DNA of 64,000 nt from Alphaproteobacteria bacterium (GCA_965225945.1 CBDDBZ010000038.1:416001-480000), one strand, 5' to 3'. Shown: positions 43,409-55,008, numbered from the stretch's first letter. A program made the numbers and translations. The notes: generated from the letters alone by a model not told the origin.

Positions 43409-43932
43409 GGGCGTGGGCGTCCGCCGGACGCCCGGGGGAGCACCCGGCGGAGCAGCGTCATGGTCGCTGTGTGGATCGCCGGCGCCTCGCTCGCCCGGGG
43501 GCCGGCGACGTTGAGCCGGGCAATTCCGTGGCGTGCGAGAAAACCGCGCGCCAGGCGCGTCGCGTTCGGCGCCGTCGGGTCCAGCACCAGGAGCGGGCGC
43601 CCGAGCGCCCGGGCGACGAGAACGGTCAGCCGCGTACCGCCCCGGGCGCGGCCTGCAAGTAGGATCAAGGTTCCCTCGCTGTCACGAACGTTGAGGTGGG
43701 TGCGCAGCGCCACGTGGCGTGCCGGTGCCGGGCGCAAGCGGTAGCCGGGATCGATCGGCCCGTCCTCGGCCCAGCGTCCGGCCGGGCACCAGCCGCCATG
43801 CGCCAAGCCGAGCTCGATGGCGCAATCGAGCGCGGCGCGGTCGACGCCGCTCTGGCCGCCGGAGACGATCCGCGCGGGGCCAAGGTAAGGCTGCGAGCGT
43901 CGTCGATAGCCAAGCTCGGGAGACTTCGCCAT
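43336..43932 (-). CDS. Putative molybdenum carrier / SLOG-superfamily protein (start uncertain)
   Basis: IVSGGQSGVDRAALD..GGWCPAGRWAEDG, RT.LNVRDSEGTL, GGT, LNVAGPRAS. Confidence 0.82.
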   Translation of the reverse strand: MAKSPELGYRRRSQPYLGPARIVSGGQSGVDRAALDCAIELGLAHGGWCPAGRWAEDGPIDPGYRLRPAPARHVALRTHLNVRDSEGTLILLAGRARGGTRLTVLVARALGRPLLVLDPTAPNATRLARGFLARHGIARLNVAGPRASEAPAIHTATMTLLRRVLPRASGGRPRPSPYFSPCPRPQSTWAESIRKEKA

Positions 43933-43993
43933 GACCGTCACGATCCACCACAATTCGCGCCAGACCTCGGCGCTGCTTCGCTCGGCGCGCGGA
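43931..43993 (+). pseudogene. Possible ArsC (arsenate reductase) N-terminal remnant
   Basis: GGAGA RBS then MTVTIHHN-SRQTSALLR, resembling MTVTIYHNPxCSKSRQTLALL without the PxCSK core. Confidence 0.4.
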
Positions 43994-44073
43994 GATGGTC
44001 AGGCTGACCCGGCGGCCCGAGCCTCGGCCGAGAAGGACACCATGATCGCGCCACCGCCTCGCTCCGGCCCGCT

Positions 44074-45852
44074 TCAAGCCGGACGGAAATCGCGGAACAC
44101 GTCCGAGGTGGCCTCGACGGCGGCGACGATCTCGCCGTCGAGCACGGCGGTGGCGAGGCGCGCGAGGTCCGGCGCCAAGGGGCAATCCGCCTCAACCACC
44201 GGAAAGTGGCGGCCGACGACCGCCAGCACTGCCTCCGAGACGTCGGAGAGGCGCCGCTCCTCCGGGGATAGGGGATGCCATTCCTTGATCGCCTTGGCGT
44301 CGCCCGAGCCCTCCCTCGGCGCGCGCGAGGGGATCGCCGCCATCTCCTTGCGAATCGCCGCCGCCTGGGCCGCGAAGGCGAGCTCGATCGCCAACAACTC
44401 GGCGAGTCTGGGCAGCATCTCGTAGGCACGGAGCGCCACGTTGGCGGCCATGGAGACGTGGTCCTCCTGGCCCGAGTCGGTGGACAGCGAGAACAGATGG
44501 CTCGGCATCGCCTGGCCCCAGAGCCAGTTCACCAGGCCGGCGCTGGTGTATTCGGCGAGCATCATCGAGGATTGCAGGGACTGGCGGCGCTCGATCTTGG
44601 CCCGCGCGCCCGCGTCGATGCCGGAGATCTCCTCCGGCGGCACCCGGCCGGGCCATTTCAGTTGCGGACCCAGGCCCTTGTTGCGATCGGCGTCGACGTA
44701 GCGCTGCGCCCGGGTGTTGGAGAGCCGGGCGATGATCGCCGCGGCCTGGATCAGGCCATAGACGTCGACCGCGATCGGCATGCCATGGAAGTGGCCACCG
44801 CTGACGACCTCGACGTATTTGCCGAAGAAATCGCTCTCCCGCGCGATGTGGGAGTCCTTGGTCGCCATCAGGACGACCGGATTGTCGGTGACGCTCTTGG
44901 CCTCGATTTCGATGGTCTGTTCCGAGCGCCAGACCAGTTCCAGGCAGGGCCCCAGGATCTGCACCGCGCAGCGCAGGTCGTAGGGGTCCTGGATCTCGCC
45001 GTCGATGTCGAAGGGGCGGTGCGCTTCGCGCAGGCGCGAGCCCGACATCAGCCGCAGCACCGCGCGCGCCACCTCAGCACTGCCCTTGTGCTGGCGCAGG
45101 CGGTGGAGGTCCTGGCGGAACGGCGTGTCGGCCCCCAGCATCACCTGCGCCGCCAGCGTCGTCGCGACCGTCGCGGTTTCGACCAGGCGATACATGCCGT
45201 GGGTCGCCAAGGCCGCGAGCGCGGTCGAATACTGGACGCCGTTGTTGAGGGCCAGCCCCTCCTTTATCTCGAGCTCGAGTGGTTCGAGCCCCGCGCGTGC
45301 CAGCGCCTCGGCGGCCGGCAGGCGTTCGGGCGTCGTCGCCCCCGGCTCGCCGAAGAAGGCCTCGCCCTCGCCCATCAGGCCTAGCGCGACATGGCTGAGG
45401 GGCGCCAGATCGCCGCTGGCGGAAACACTGCCGAGGCTCGGCACCAGCGGCGTCACGCCCCGGTTCAAGGCGTCGACCAACCGGCTCACCAGCACCGAGC
45501 GGACGGCGCTGTAACCCTGGGCGAGCGACTTGGCGCGGAGCAGCATGGTGGCGCGAACCACCTCGATCGGCGCCGGCGGGCCGACGCCGGCCGCGTGGCT
45601 GCGAATCAGATTTTCTTGCAGCGGTCCCAGATCCTCGCCCGCCACGCGGTCGCGCACGTTGCTGCCGAAGCCGCGGTTGAAACCGTAGGCCGGCTCCGCC
45701 GTCTCGCGGATATAGGCCTCGACGTCGGCGCGGCGGTGATCCAGGAGCTCGAGCGTCGCCGGCTCGACCTCCACCGGGGCGCCGCGCGCCGCGCGGACGA
45801 TGTCGTCGAGCGTCAGGTTGTCGCGATGGTCGATCCGGACCGGCCGCGCCAT
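44074..45852 (-). CDS. hutH: Aromatic amino acid ammonia-lyase, histidine ammonia-lyase type
   Basis: YGFNRGFG, NLIRSHAAGVG (SH typical of HAL), MIO triad ASG in SVSASGDLAPL, QDPY.LRC, QEDHVSM. Confidence 0.8.
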   Translation of the reverse strand: MARPVRIDHRDNLTLDDIVRAARGAPVEVEPATLELLDHRRADVEAYIRETAEPAYGFNRGFGSNVRDRVAGEDLGPLQENLIRSHAAGVGPPAPIEVVRATMLLRAKSLAQGYSAVRSVLVSRLVDALNRGVTPLVPSLGSVSASGDLAPLSHVALGLMGEGEAFFGEPGATTPERLPAAEALARAGLEPLELEIKEGLALNNGVQYSTALAALATHGMYRLVETATVATTLAAQVMLGADTPFRQDLHRLRQHKGSAEVARAVLRLMSGSRLREAHRPFDIDGEIQDPYDLRCAVQILGPCLELVWRSEQTIEIEAKSVTDNPVVLMATKDSHIARESDFFGKYVEVVSGGHFHGMPIAVDVYGLIQAAAIIARLSNTRAQRYVDADRNKGLGPQLKWPGRVPPEEISGIDAGARAKIERRQSLQSSMMLAEYTSAGLVNWLWGQAMPSHLFSLSTDSGQEDHVSMAANVALRAYEMLPRLAELLAIELAFAAQAAAIRKEMAAIPSRAPREGSGDAKAIKEWHPLSPEERRLSDVSEAVLAVVGRHFPVVEADCPLAPDLARLATAVLDGEIVAAVEATSDVFRDFRPA

Positions 45853-45883
45853 CGCCTGGCGCCTTGGCCGCGGGCCGTCTGCC

Positions 45884-47314
45884 TCAACCGGTCCCGCCGA
45901 CCGTCAGGCCCTCGATCAGCATGGTCGGCTGGCCGACGCCCACCGGCACGCTCTGGCCGTTCTTGCCGCAGGTGCCGATGCCCGGATCGAGCGCCATGTC
46001 GTCACCGATCGCGCGCACCCGGGTCAGCGCGTCCGGCCCGTTGCCGATCAGCGTCGCGCCCCTGACGGCGGGCCCAATTCTGCCGTCCTCGATCAGATAG
46101 GCCTCAGTGCAGGTGAAGACGAACTTGCCGCTGGTGATGTCGACTTGGCCGCCGCCGAAATTGACCGCATAGAGACCGCGCGGCACCGAGGCGATGATCT
46201 CCTCGGGCGCCCGCTCGCCGGCCAACATGTAGGTGTTGGTCATCCGGGGAAACGGCATGTGGGCGAAAGATTCCCGCCGCCCGTTGCCGGTCGGGACCAT
46301 GCCCATCAGACGGGCGTTCAGCCGGTCCTGTATGTAGCCCTTGAGGACGCCGTCCTCGATCAGCACGGTGTATTCGCTCGCCGTCCCCTCGTCGTCCACG
46401 GTAAGGCTGCCGCGGCGTCCCTCGATCGTGCCGTCATCGACCACGGTGACCCCGGGACTCGCCACCCGCTCGCCCAACAGGCCGGCGAAGGCGGAGGTCT
46501 TCTTGCGGTTGAAATCGCCCTCCAGGCCGTGGCCGATGGCCTCGTGCAGCATGATGCCGGGCCAGCCGGGGCCCAGAACCACCAGCATCTCGCCGGCGGG
46601 CGCGGCGACCGAATCGAGGTTCACCAGGGCCTGCCTCAGCGCCTCGTCGACGCTCGCGCGCCAGTTTTCGGTTTTGATGTAGGGCGCATAGTCGAGGCGA
46701 CCGCCGGTGCCGTGGCTGCCGGATTCCTGGCGCTCGCCCTCGCCGACCACGACCTGGACGTTGAGGCGCACCAGCGGCCGCGCGTCGGCGACGCGGCGGC
46801 CGTCTCCGCACAAGATTTCGACCCGCTGCAGTTCGCCATAGAGCCCGACGCTCACCTGACGCACCCGCGAATCGCTGGCCCGGGCGTAGGCGTCGATTTC
46901 CGACATGAGCGCGACCTTGTCCTCGAAACGACCTTCCTCGACGGGATCGGCGGCGCCGTAGAGCCTCTTGTTCGTGCCGGCGGGTCCCACCGAGGTTACC
47001 CCATCATGGCCGTGCTTGACCGCCGCCACGGTCTCGCCGGCGCGGCGGATCGCCGCCTCGCTCAGCTCCGCCGCGTGGGCGTAGCCGGTTTTTTCGCCGG
47101 CCACGCAGCGGAGCCCGAAGCCTTGCATCGTATTGAAGTTGGCGTTCTTCAGCCGGCCGTCATCGAACACCAGGCTCTCGCTCTCCCGATGTTCCACGAA
47201 CAGCTCGCCGTCGTCGGCGCCGGCCAACGTCTCCGCCAGCATTGTCTCGATTCGTCCCCGATCGAGGTCGGCCGCCTCGATCAACCGGGTATCTTGCGAT
47301 CCGGCCTCGCTCAT
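45884..47314 (-). CDS. tldD: Metalloprotease TldD
   Basis: GPGWPGIMLHEAIGHGLEGDFNRK, TGNGRR, PRMTNT, CGKNGQSVPVGVGQP. Confidence 0.96.
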   Translation of the reverse strand: MSEAGSQDTRLIEAADLDRGRIETMLAETLAGADDGELFVEHRESESLVFDDGRLKNANFNTMQGFGLRCVAGEKTGYAHAAELSEAAIRRAGETVAAVKHGHDGVTSVGPAGTNKRLYGAADPVEEGRFEDKVALMSEIDAYARASDSRVRQVSVGLYGELQRVEILCGDGRRVADARPLVRLNVQVVVGEGERQESGSHGTGGRLDYAPYIKTENWRASVDEALRQALVNLDSVAAPAGEMLVVLGPGWPGIMLHEAIGHGLEGDFNRKKTSAFAGLLGERVASPGVTVVDDGTIEGRRGSLTVDDEGTASEYTVLIEDGVLKGYIQDRLNARLMGMVPTGNGRRESFAHMPFPRMTNTYMLAGERAPEEIIASVPRGLYAVNFGGGQVDITSGKFVFTCTEAYLIEDGRIGPAVRGATLIGNGPDALTRVRAIGDDMALDPGIGTCGKNGQSVPVGVGQPTMLIEGLTVGGTG

Positions 47315-47452
47315 GCCCCGTCTCCTCGCGACCGGCGCCCGCGTGGCGCCATGGAAAACAATATGGCGCGCGCCGTGCCCCGCGTCACCCCCCGCTGACG
47401 CCGGGCGTGGGAATTGGCGCTCTTACGCCGCCTCGCCGAAGCGCGCCGGAAC

Positions 47453-47473
47453 TCTGCGACATTCGGTCGCAGA
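47453..47473. promoter_or_regulatory. RegA/RegR/PrrA-type binding palindrome in the tldD-coxB intergenic region
   Basis: TCTGCGAC-ATTCG-GTCGCAGA (GCGAC-N5-GTCGC core). Confidence 0.6.
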
Positions 47474-47800
47474 ACGGGGCGAGTGCCGGGGAGAGGGCGG
47501 CTGTTCGTGTTTAATCGCTTGATTTCATGGGAGGAATCGACCCCCGGAAACGGCCTGGCAAACGCCGCGCGGAATGCCTTGCCCAGCGGCCGCGCCGCCG
47601 CTCGCCGGCGCCCTTGTCTCTTCTCGCGCCGCTCTAGTAGAAAAAGCCGATCGAATTCGGCTACATCTGGGGGGGGCCGGCCGGAAAGCGCCACGCCGCG
47701 TCCATCGGACGTCGGCGCCTGCGAGCGGCCGCGTCGGCTGGCGAGAGGTCATGGCGTGGCGGTGCCGCGCCGGATCGCGCGGCTCCGAGGGAGAGCGAGC

Positions 47801-48648
47801 ATGACGGCGACACGGATCATCACGGCCCTCGCGGCCATCGGCGTCGCGCTGTCGAGCGGGGTGGCGGCCCGGGCGGGCGAGGGTCTGGCGGATGCCTGGC
47901 AACTCGGCTATCAGAAAGCCGCCTCGCCGGTGATGGAGGACATCACCGGGCTCCACGATTTGCTGCTGGTGATCACCACCTTGAGCACCATCGTCGTCTT
48001 GGGCCTGCTGCTCAACTGCATCGTCAGGTTCAACGAGAAGGCCAATCCGGAGCCGACCAAGACCACCCACAACACCTTCCTGGAAATTGCCTGGACGGCG
48101 CTGCCGGTGCTAATTCTGGTGGTGATCGCGGTGCCCTCCTTCAAGCTGCTCTACTTCGGCGACCGCACGCCCGAGGCGGAGATGACGCTGAAGGCGATCG
48201 GCAACCAGTGGTACTGGGCCTACGAATATCCGGATCACGACGCGCTGAGCTTCGCGGCAGTGATGCTGGAGGATAACGAGCGCAAGCCCGGCCAACCGCG
48301 CCTGCTGGCAACCGACGAGGCCATCGTGCTGCCGGTCGAAACCAACATCCGCCTGCTCACCACCTCCGAGGATGTCATCCACGCCTGGGCCATTCCCGCC
48401 TTCGGCGTCAAACTCGACGCGGTGCCGGGGCGGCTCAACGAAACCTGGTTCCGCATCGACCGGCCGGGTACCTACTACGGCCAATGCTCCGAGCTCTGCG
48501 GGATCCGCCATGGCTTCATGCCGATCATGGTCAAGGCGGTGTCCAAGGACGCGTTCAAGGCCTGGGTCGAGGAGGCCAAGAAGAAATTCGCCGAGGCCGA
48601 CCGCGCGCCGTTGCGCGTCGCGGCCAGCCTCGACGTCGACGGCGCGCG

Positions 48649-48652
<4 letters not shown>
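47801..48652 (+). CDS. coxB: Cytochrome c oxidase subunit II
   Basis: QWYWAYEY, DVIHAW, CuA motif CSELCGIRHGFM. Confidence 0.96.
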
Positions 48653-50299
<1,647 letters not shown>

Positions 50300-50328
50300 G
50301 GCGACCCGGGTGCGAGAGGAAACCGGCC

Positions 50329-51264
50329 ATGAACTTCGAGGCCACGACGAGGCGAAGGAGCGCGGTGGACGCCGCGATCGACGCCGGCGGCGGCGCCGGG
50401 GCGGCCGACTTCGTGCGCCTGCTGAAGCCCCGCGTGATGAGCCTGGTGCTGTTCACCGCCTTCGTCGGTCTGATGCTGGCGCCGGGCCCGATTCACCCCG
50501 TCATCGCCGTCACCGCGCTGCTTTGCATCGCCGTCGGCGCCGGCGCCTCGGGTGCCATCAACATGTGGTACGACGCGGACATCGACGCGCTGATGGCCCG
50601 GACCCGCGCGCGGCCGATCCCGGCCGGCCGGATCGCGCCGGGCGAGGCGCTGGGATACGGCGTCACGCTCGCCGTCGGCGCGGTACTGGTGATGGGGCTC
50701 CTGGTCGATCCGGTGGCCGCTCTGCTGCTGGCCTTCACCATCGTCTTCTACGTCTTCGTCTACACCATGTGGCTGAAGCGGCGAACGCCCTGGAACATCG
50801 TCATCGGCGGCGCCGCCGGCGCCTTTCCGCCGATGGTCGGTTGGGCCGCCGTCGGCGGCGAGATCGGGCTCGGCGCGCTTGTCCTCTTCGCCATCATCTT
50901 CATGTGGACACCGCCGCATTTCTGGGCCCTCTCGCTCTACCGGGCGGGCGACTACGCCGAGGCCGGGGTGCCGATGCTGCCGGTGGTGGCCGGCACCGAG
51001 GAGACGCGGCGACAGATCTGGATCTATTCGCTGTTGCTGGTGCCGCTGACCCTGGCGCCGGTGGCGATCGGCATCGCGTCGTGGATCTATGCCCTGGGCG
51101 CGCTCGGCCTGGGCGGCTTGTTCCTGGCGTTGGCTTGGCGGGTACGGCGCGCCGGCGACGCCGACGCGCGCGCGCCCCGACGGCTCTTCGCCTACTCCAT
51201 CCTCTATCTTTTCCTGATCTTCGCCCTGTTGCTGGGTGAGCGATTGGCGGGGCTTTCGGCGTGA
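50329..51264 (+). CDS. ctaB: Protoheme IX farnesyltransferase (heme O synthase)
   Basis: [36 protein letters not shown]. Confidence 0.95.
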   Translation: MNFEATTRRRSAVDAAIDAGGGAGAADFVRLLKPRVMSLVLFTAFVGLMLAPGPIHPVIAVTALLCIAVGAGASGAINMWYDADIDALMARTRARPIPAGRIAPGEALGYGVTLAVGAVLVMGLLVDPVAALLLAFTIVFYVFVYTMWLKRRTPWNIVIGGAAGAFPPMVGWAAVGGEIGLGALVLFAIIFMWTPPHFWALSLYRAGDYAEAGVPMLPVVAGTEETRRQIWIYSLLLVPLTLAPVAIGIASWIYALGALGLGGLFLALAWRVRRAGDADARAPRRLFAYSILYLFLIFALLLGERLAGLSA

Positions 51265-51265
51265 T

Positions 51266-51388
51266 ATGCCCCTCAGCGAACAGCATCGCCGCAAGCGCGG
51301 CCGCAACTTCGCCCTGGCGGGGTTCCTGGTGGTTCTCATCGTGCTGTTCTTCGCGGTCTCGATCGTGAAGATGAAGGGGGGCGGATGA
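51266..51388 (+). CDS. Small single-TM cox-operon protein (CoxF-like), 40 aa, not in ORF track
   Basis: MPLSEQHRRKRGRNFALAGFLVVLIVLFFAVSIVKMKGGG; ATGA overlap with ctaG. Confidence 0.8.
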   Translation: MPLSEQHRRKRGRNFALAGFLVVLIVLFFAVSIVKMKGGG

Positions 51389-51972
51389 GCCGGGAACTCG
51401 AGCGGCGGAAGAAATTGACGGCGCTGACGGCGGCGGGCGCGGTGGTCGCCATGACCGGGCTCGCCTTCGCCGCCGTGCCGCTCTACCGCGTGTTCTGCCA
51501 GGCGACCGGTTTTGCCGGCACGCCGGCGCTCGCCGAGGTGGCGCCGAGGGAGATCGCCGAGCGCCGCATCACCGTCCGCTTCGATGCCAACACGAGCAAG
51601 GAATTGCCGTGGCGCTTCCGGCCGGTGGCACGGCTGATGACGGTCCGGGTCGGCGAGCAGGGCTTCGCTCACTACGTTGCCCGCAGTCTGGCCGACGTGG
51701 CGACGACGGGACGGGCGGCCTTCAACGTGACCCCGCTGAAGGCCGGGCGCTATTTCACCAAGCTGGATTGCTTTTGCTTCCAAGAGCAGCGGCTGGCTCC
51801 CGGCGAGGAAGTGGAGATGTGGGTCGCGTTCTTCATCGATCCGTCGATCCTGGAGAACGCGAACCTCGACGACGTCGATACGATCACCTTGTCCTATAGT
51901 TTTTTCCGCGCGCGCCGGAAGGCCACGGTCCGGGTCTTCGGCGACGCGGAGGACGCGGAAGGCGTGAACTGA
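51385..51972 (+). CDS. ctaG: Cytochrome c oxidase assembly copper chaperone Cox11/CtaG
   Basis: VPLYRVFCQATG, CFCF motif. Confidence 0.95.
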   Translation: MSRELERRKKLTALTAAGAVVAMTGLAFAAVPLYRVFCQATGFAGTPALAEVAPREIAERRITVRFDANTSKELPWRFRPVARLMTVRVGEQGFAHYVARSLADVATTGRAAFNVTPLKAGRYFTKLDCFCFQEQRLAPGEEVEMWVAFFIDPSILENANLDDVDTITLSYSFFRARRKATVRVFGDAEDAEGVN

Positions 51973-52023
51973 GCGAGTGAACGACGCGTGCCCTGGGCGC
52001 GCCGAGAGGGAGCTTGAAAGACG

Positions 52024-52836
52024 ATGACGGATTCCCACGCCCCAGGTCACGACTATCATCTGGTCGACCCGAGCCCCTGGCCCGCGATCGGGGCGCTCAG
52101 TGTGTTCGTGCTGGCCGGCGGCCTGATCTGGTTCATGCACGAGGGCCCGCCCTGGATCCTGATCATCGGCATCCTCGGCGTGCTCTACACCATGTTCGGT
52201 TGGTGGCAGGAGGTCATCAAGGAAGCGACCTTCGAGGGCCATCACACGCCGATCGTGCAACTCGGCATGCGCTACGGCATGAGCCTCTTCATCGCCTCCG
52301 AGGTGATGTTCTTCGTCGCCTGGTTCTGGGCCTACTACAACGCCTCGCTCTTTCCGACGGAGCAGATGGGCGGCGTCTGGCCGCCGGAAGGGGTCTATAG
52401 CTTCAATCCCTGGCACCTGCCGCTGCTGAACACGCTGATCCTGCTGACCTCCTCGACCACGGTGACCTGGGCGCATCACGCCGTGCTCCACGGCGACCAG
52501 CGGGGCGCCACCCAGGGCCTGCTGGTGACCGTCGTCCTGGGCCTGTTCTTCACCCTGATTCAGGGCATCGAATACGCCCACGCGCCCTTCACCTTCACCG
52601 GCGGGATCTACGGCTCGACCTTCTTCATGGCGACCGGATTTCACGGCGCACACGTGATCATCGGCACCACCTTCCTCTTCGTCTGCCTGTTCCGCACCAT
52701 GAAGGGGCACTTCAAGCCGACCCACCACTTCGGCCTGGAGGCGGCGGCCTGGTACTGGCATTTCGTCGACGTGGTCTGGCTGTTCCTGTTCAGCGGGATT
52801 TACATCTGGGGTGCCGGACAGATTGCCCCCGGTTGA
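52024..52836 (+). CDS. ctaE: Cytochrome c oxidase subunit III
   Basis: YHLVDPSPWP, FIASEVMFF, TGFHGAHV, WYWHFVDVVW. Confidence 0.96.
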   Translation: MTDSHAPGHDYHLVDPSPWPAIGALSVFVLAGGLIWFMHEGPPWILIIGILGVLYTMFGWWQEVIKEATFEGHHTPIVQLGMRYGMSLFIASEVMFFVAWFWAYYNASLFPTEQMGGVWPPEGVYSFNPWHLPLLNTLILLTSSTTVTWAHHAVLHGDQRGATQGLLVTVVLGLFFTLIQGIEYAHAPFTFTGGIYGSTFFMATGFHGAHVIIGTTFLFVCLFRTMKGHFKPTHHFGLEAAAWYWHFVDVVWLFLFSGIYIWGAGQIAPG

Positions 52837-52842
52837 TCGCGC

Positions 52843-53205
52843 ATGACCGGCTTTTCCCGCATCTCGCCGTTCGGCGCGGGGTTACGCTGCCGCTGTCCGC
52901 GCTGTGGCCGGGGGCGGCTCTACCAGGGGCTCTTGAACGTCCGGCCGGCTTGCGAGGAATGTGATCTCGATCTTTCGGCCGAGGATTCGGGCGACGGACC
53001 GGCAGTATTCGTGATCTTAGTGATCGGCGCTATCGCCGTCCTGGCGGCCTTGCTGGTGGAAATCGTGTTCTCGCCGCCCAGTTGGGTGCATCTGATCTAC
53101 CAGGTGCCCCTGGTGCTGGGCGGCTCGGTGGGGTTGCTGCGCCCCTTCAAGGCGACGCTGATCGCGCTCCAGTACCGCCACCGCGGCCACGACTTCGAGA
53201 CGTGA
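52843..53205 (+). CDS. DUF983 family protein
   Basis: CPRCGRGRL...CEEC, DSGDGPA, LRPFKATLIALQY. Confidence 0.88.
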   Translation: MTGFSRISPFGAGLRCRCPRCGRGRLYQGLLNVRPACEECDLDLSAEDSGDGPAVFVILVIGAIAVLAALLVEIVFSPPSWVHLIYQVPLVLGGSVGLLRPFKATLIALQYRHRGHDFET

Positions 53206-53912
53206 GCACAGGCCCGCCCTGGCGCTCGCGACGGCTGGCGACGGCGGCCGTGGCGGCGGCGACCCTGGTCCTCCTCGGCCTCGGCACCTGGCAGGCGCAA
53301 CGGCTGTATTGGAAGCGAGCCTTGATCGAGGCGCGGACCACCGCCTTGGCGCTGCCGCCGCTGGCGCTGCCCGGCGACGCGGCCGCGATTCGTGGAATCG
53401 CGTCCTATCGTCGGGTCGAGGTCCGCGGTCGCTACCTGCACGTTTCCGCGCTCCGCTTCCCCGCCCGCATCCGGGCGGGTCGCGTCGGCGTCGAACTGGT
53501 GGTGCCGCTCCGGCGCGCCGGCGGGGCTGTGGTGCTGGTCAACCGAGGCTGGCTCCCCGACGGCGCGCCGCCGGCGAGGGAGGTCGAGACCGGCGAGGTG
53601 GTGGTCGTCGGCCTGCTGCGGCGGCGCGGGGCCCAGGGCTGGTTCACCCCCGACAACCAGCCCGAGAGCAACGAGTGGTACTGGTACGACGTTTCCGCGA
53701 TGGCGGCGCAATTCGGCCTCGATGCGCCCCCGGTGGTGATCGAGGCGGGCGTGGACGGCGATTCCCCGCGGCTCCCGCGTGGCCGCGCCTTCGCGGTGGC
53801 GATAGCCAACAATCACCTGCAATACGCGATCACCTGGTACGCGCTCGCGGTGGCTCTCCTCGCCATGACCTGGATTGCGCGGCGTCGCCAGCGCGCCGAC
53901 GGCGGCGCCTGA
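53202..53912 (+). CDS. surf1: SURF1 family cytochrome oxidase assembly protein
   Basis: LGTWQAQRL.WK, LVNRGW, NNHLQYAITWY. Confidence 0.93.
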   Translation: MSTGPPWRSRRLATAAVAAATLVLLGLGTWQAQRLYWKRALIEARTTALALPPLALPGDAAAIRGIASYRRVEVRGRYLHVSALRFPARIRAGRVGVELVVPLRRAGGAVVLVNRGWLPDGAPPAREVETGEVVVVGLLRRRGAQGWFTPDNQPESNEWYWYDVSAMAAQFGLDAPPVVIEAGVDGDSPRLPRGRAFAVAIANNHLQYAITWYALAVALLAMTWIARRRQRADGGA

Positions 53913-54015
53913 CCGCGCCGACCGGCGCCAGCACGTCGGCCGCGGGCATCCCGCGCGATCGCCGGACCTGGCAGGCCCCTTTCTCGCGCGCGCCCGGCGT
54001 GGCAGTTTGGCCGCC

Positions 54016-54036
54016 CTAGTGGATAGAATCCACTAG
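54016..54036. repeat. 21-bp palindrome matching the ends of element A
   Basis: CTAGTGGATAGAATCCACTAG, directly before the tmk RBS. Confidence 0.8.
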
Positions 54037-54053
54037 GGGAGGCGGAGGTGGCG

Positions 54054-54948
54054 ATGATCGTGGCGATCGAGGGAATCGACGGCGCCGGCAAGGGCACGCT
54101 CGGCCGGGCGCTCGAGGCCCGAGCCGAGGCGGCCGGCCTCCGGGTCGCCCGGCTCTCCTTCCCGCGCTATGAAGAGACCCGCTTCGCCGTGCTGATCGGG
54201 CAATACCTGAACGGGCGCCTAGGCGGGCTCGACGACGTGTCGCCCCGTTTCGCGGCGCTGCTCTATGCCGGCGACCGGATGGAATCGCGCGATCTTCTGC
54301 TCCGGCTAGGGGAGGCGGAGGGGCGCGCGAAACGGGCGCTCGAGGCCTGAGCCGAGGCGGCCGGCCTCCGGGTCGCCCGGCTCTCCTTCCCGCGCTATGA
54401 AGAGACCCGCTTCGCCTGCTGATCGGGCAATACCTGAACGGGCGCCTAGGCGGGCTCGACGACGTGTCGCCCCGTTTCGCGGCGCTGCTCTATGCCGGCG
54501 ACCGGATGGAATCGCGCCTCTGCTCCGGCTGGGCGCGCGAAACGACGCCTCGCGCTACGTCGCCTCCAACCTCGCCTACAACGCCGCCAAGCTGGCCCCG
54601 GGCGAACGGGACGGCTTCGTCGATTGGCTGGCCGAGGTGGAATTCGAGATCTTCGAGCTGCCCAGGCCCGATCTCACCTGCCTGCTCGCCACCCCGCCCG
54701 AAATCGCCGATTCGCTGGTCGCCCAGAAACCCGCGCGGAGCTACACGGAGATGACCCGCGACCTGCACGAGGCGGACCGGGGCTACATGGCCCGCGTGGC
54801 GGAGGTCTACGAGCGCCTGGCGCGGGAAGAGCGCGACTCCCCCTGGTTTCGCTGTGCCTCGGTAAAGGCCGAGGGCGGGCTGCGTCCGCCCGGGGAGATC
54901 GCCGACGAGGTCTGGCATCGCCTCGCCCCGCTGCTGGAGGGATCGTGA
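54054..54948 (+). pseudogene. tmk: Thymidylate kinase, disrupted by an imperfect ~200-bp duplication and indels (probable assembly artefact)
   Basis: AIEGIDGAGK, SFPRY, LLYAGDR, RYVASN.AY, PRPDL, DLHE; about 54105..54307 is repeated at about 54333..54530. Confidence 0.8.
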
Positions 54949-55008
54949 TGAACTCGGCTCGGTTTCGGGGTATGCCGGGACGCGCGAATGGCGTAAGAAA
55001 CAGCTGTC

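Noticed and set aside
43336-43932. SLOG protein as an anti-phage system component
   Set aside because: Standalone domain with no TIR, SIR2 or effector neighbours; no defence-island context in this window.
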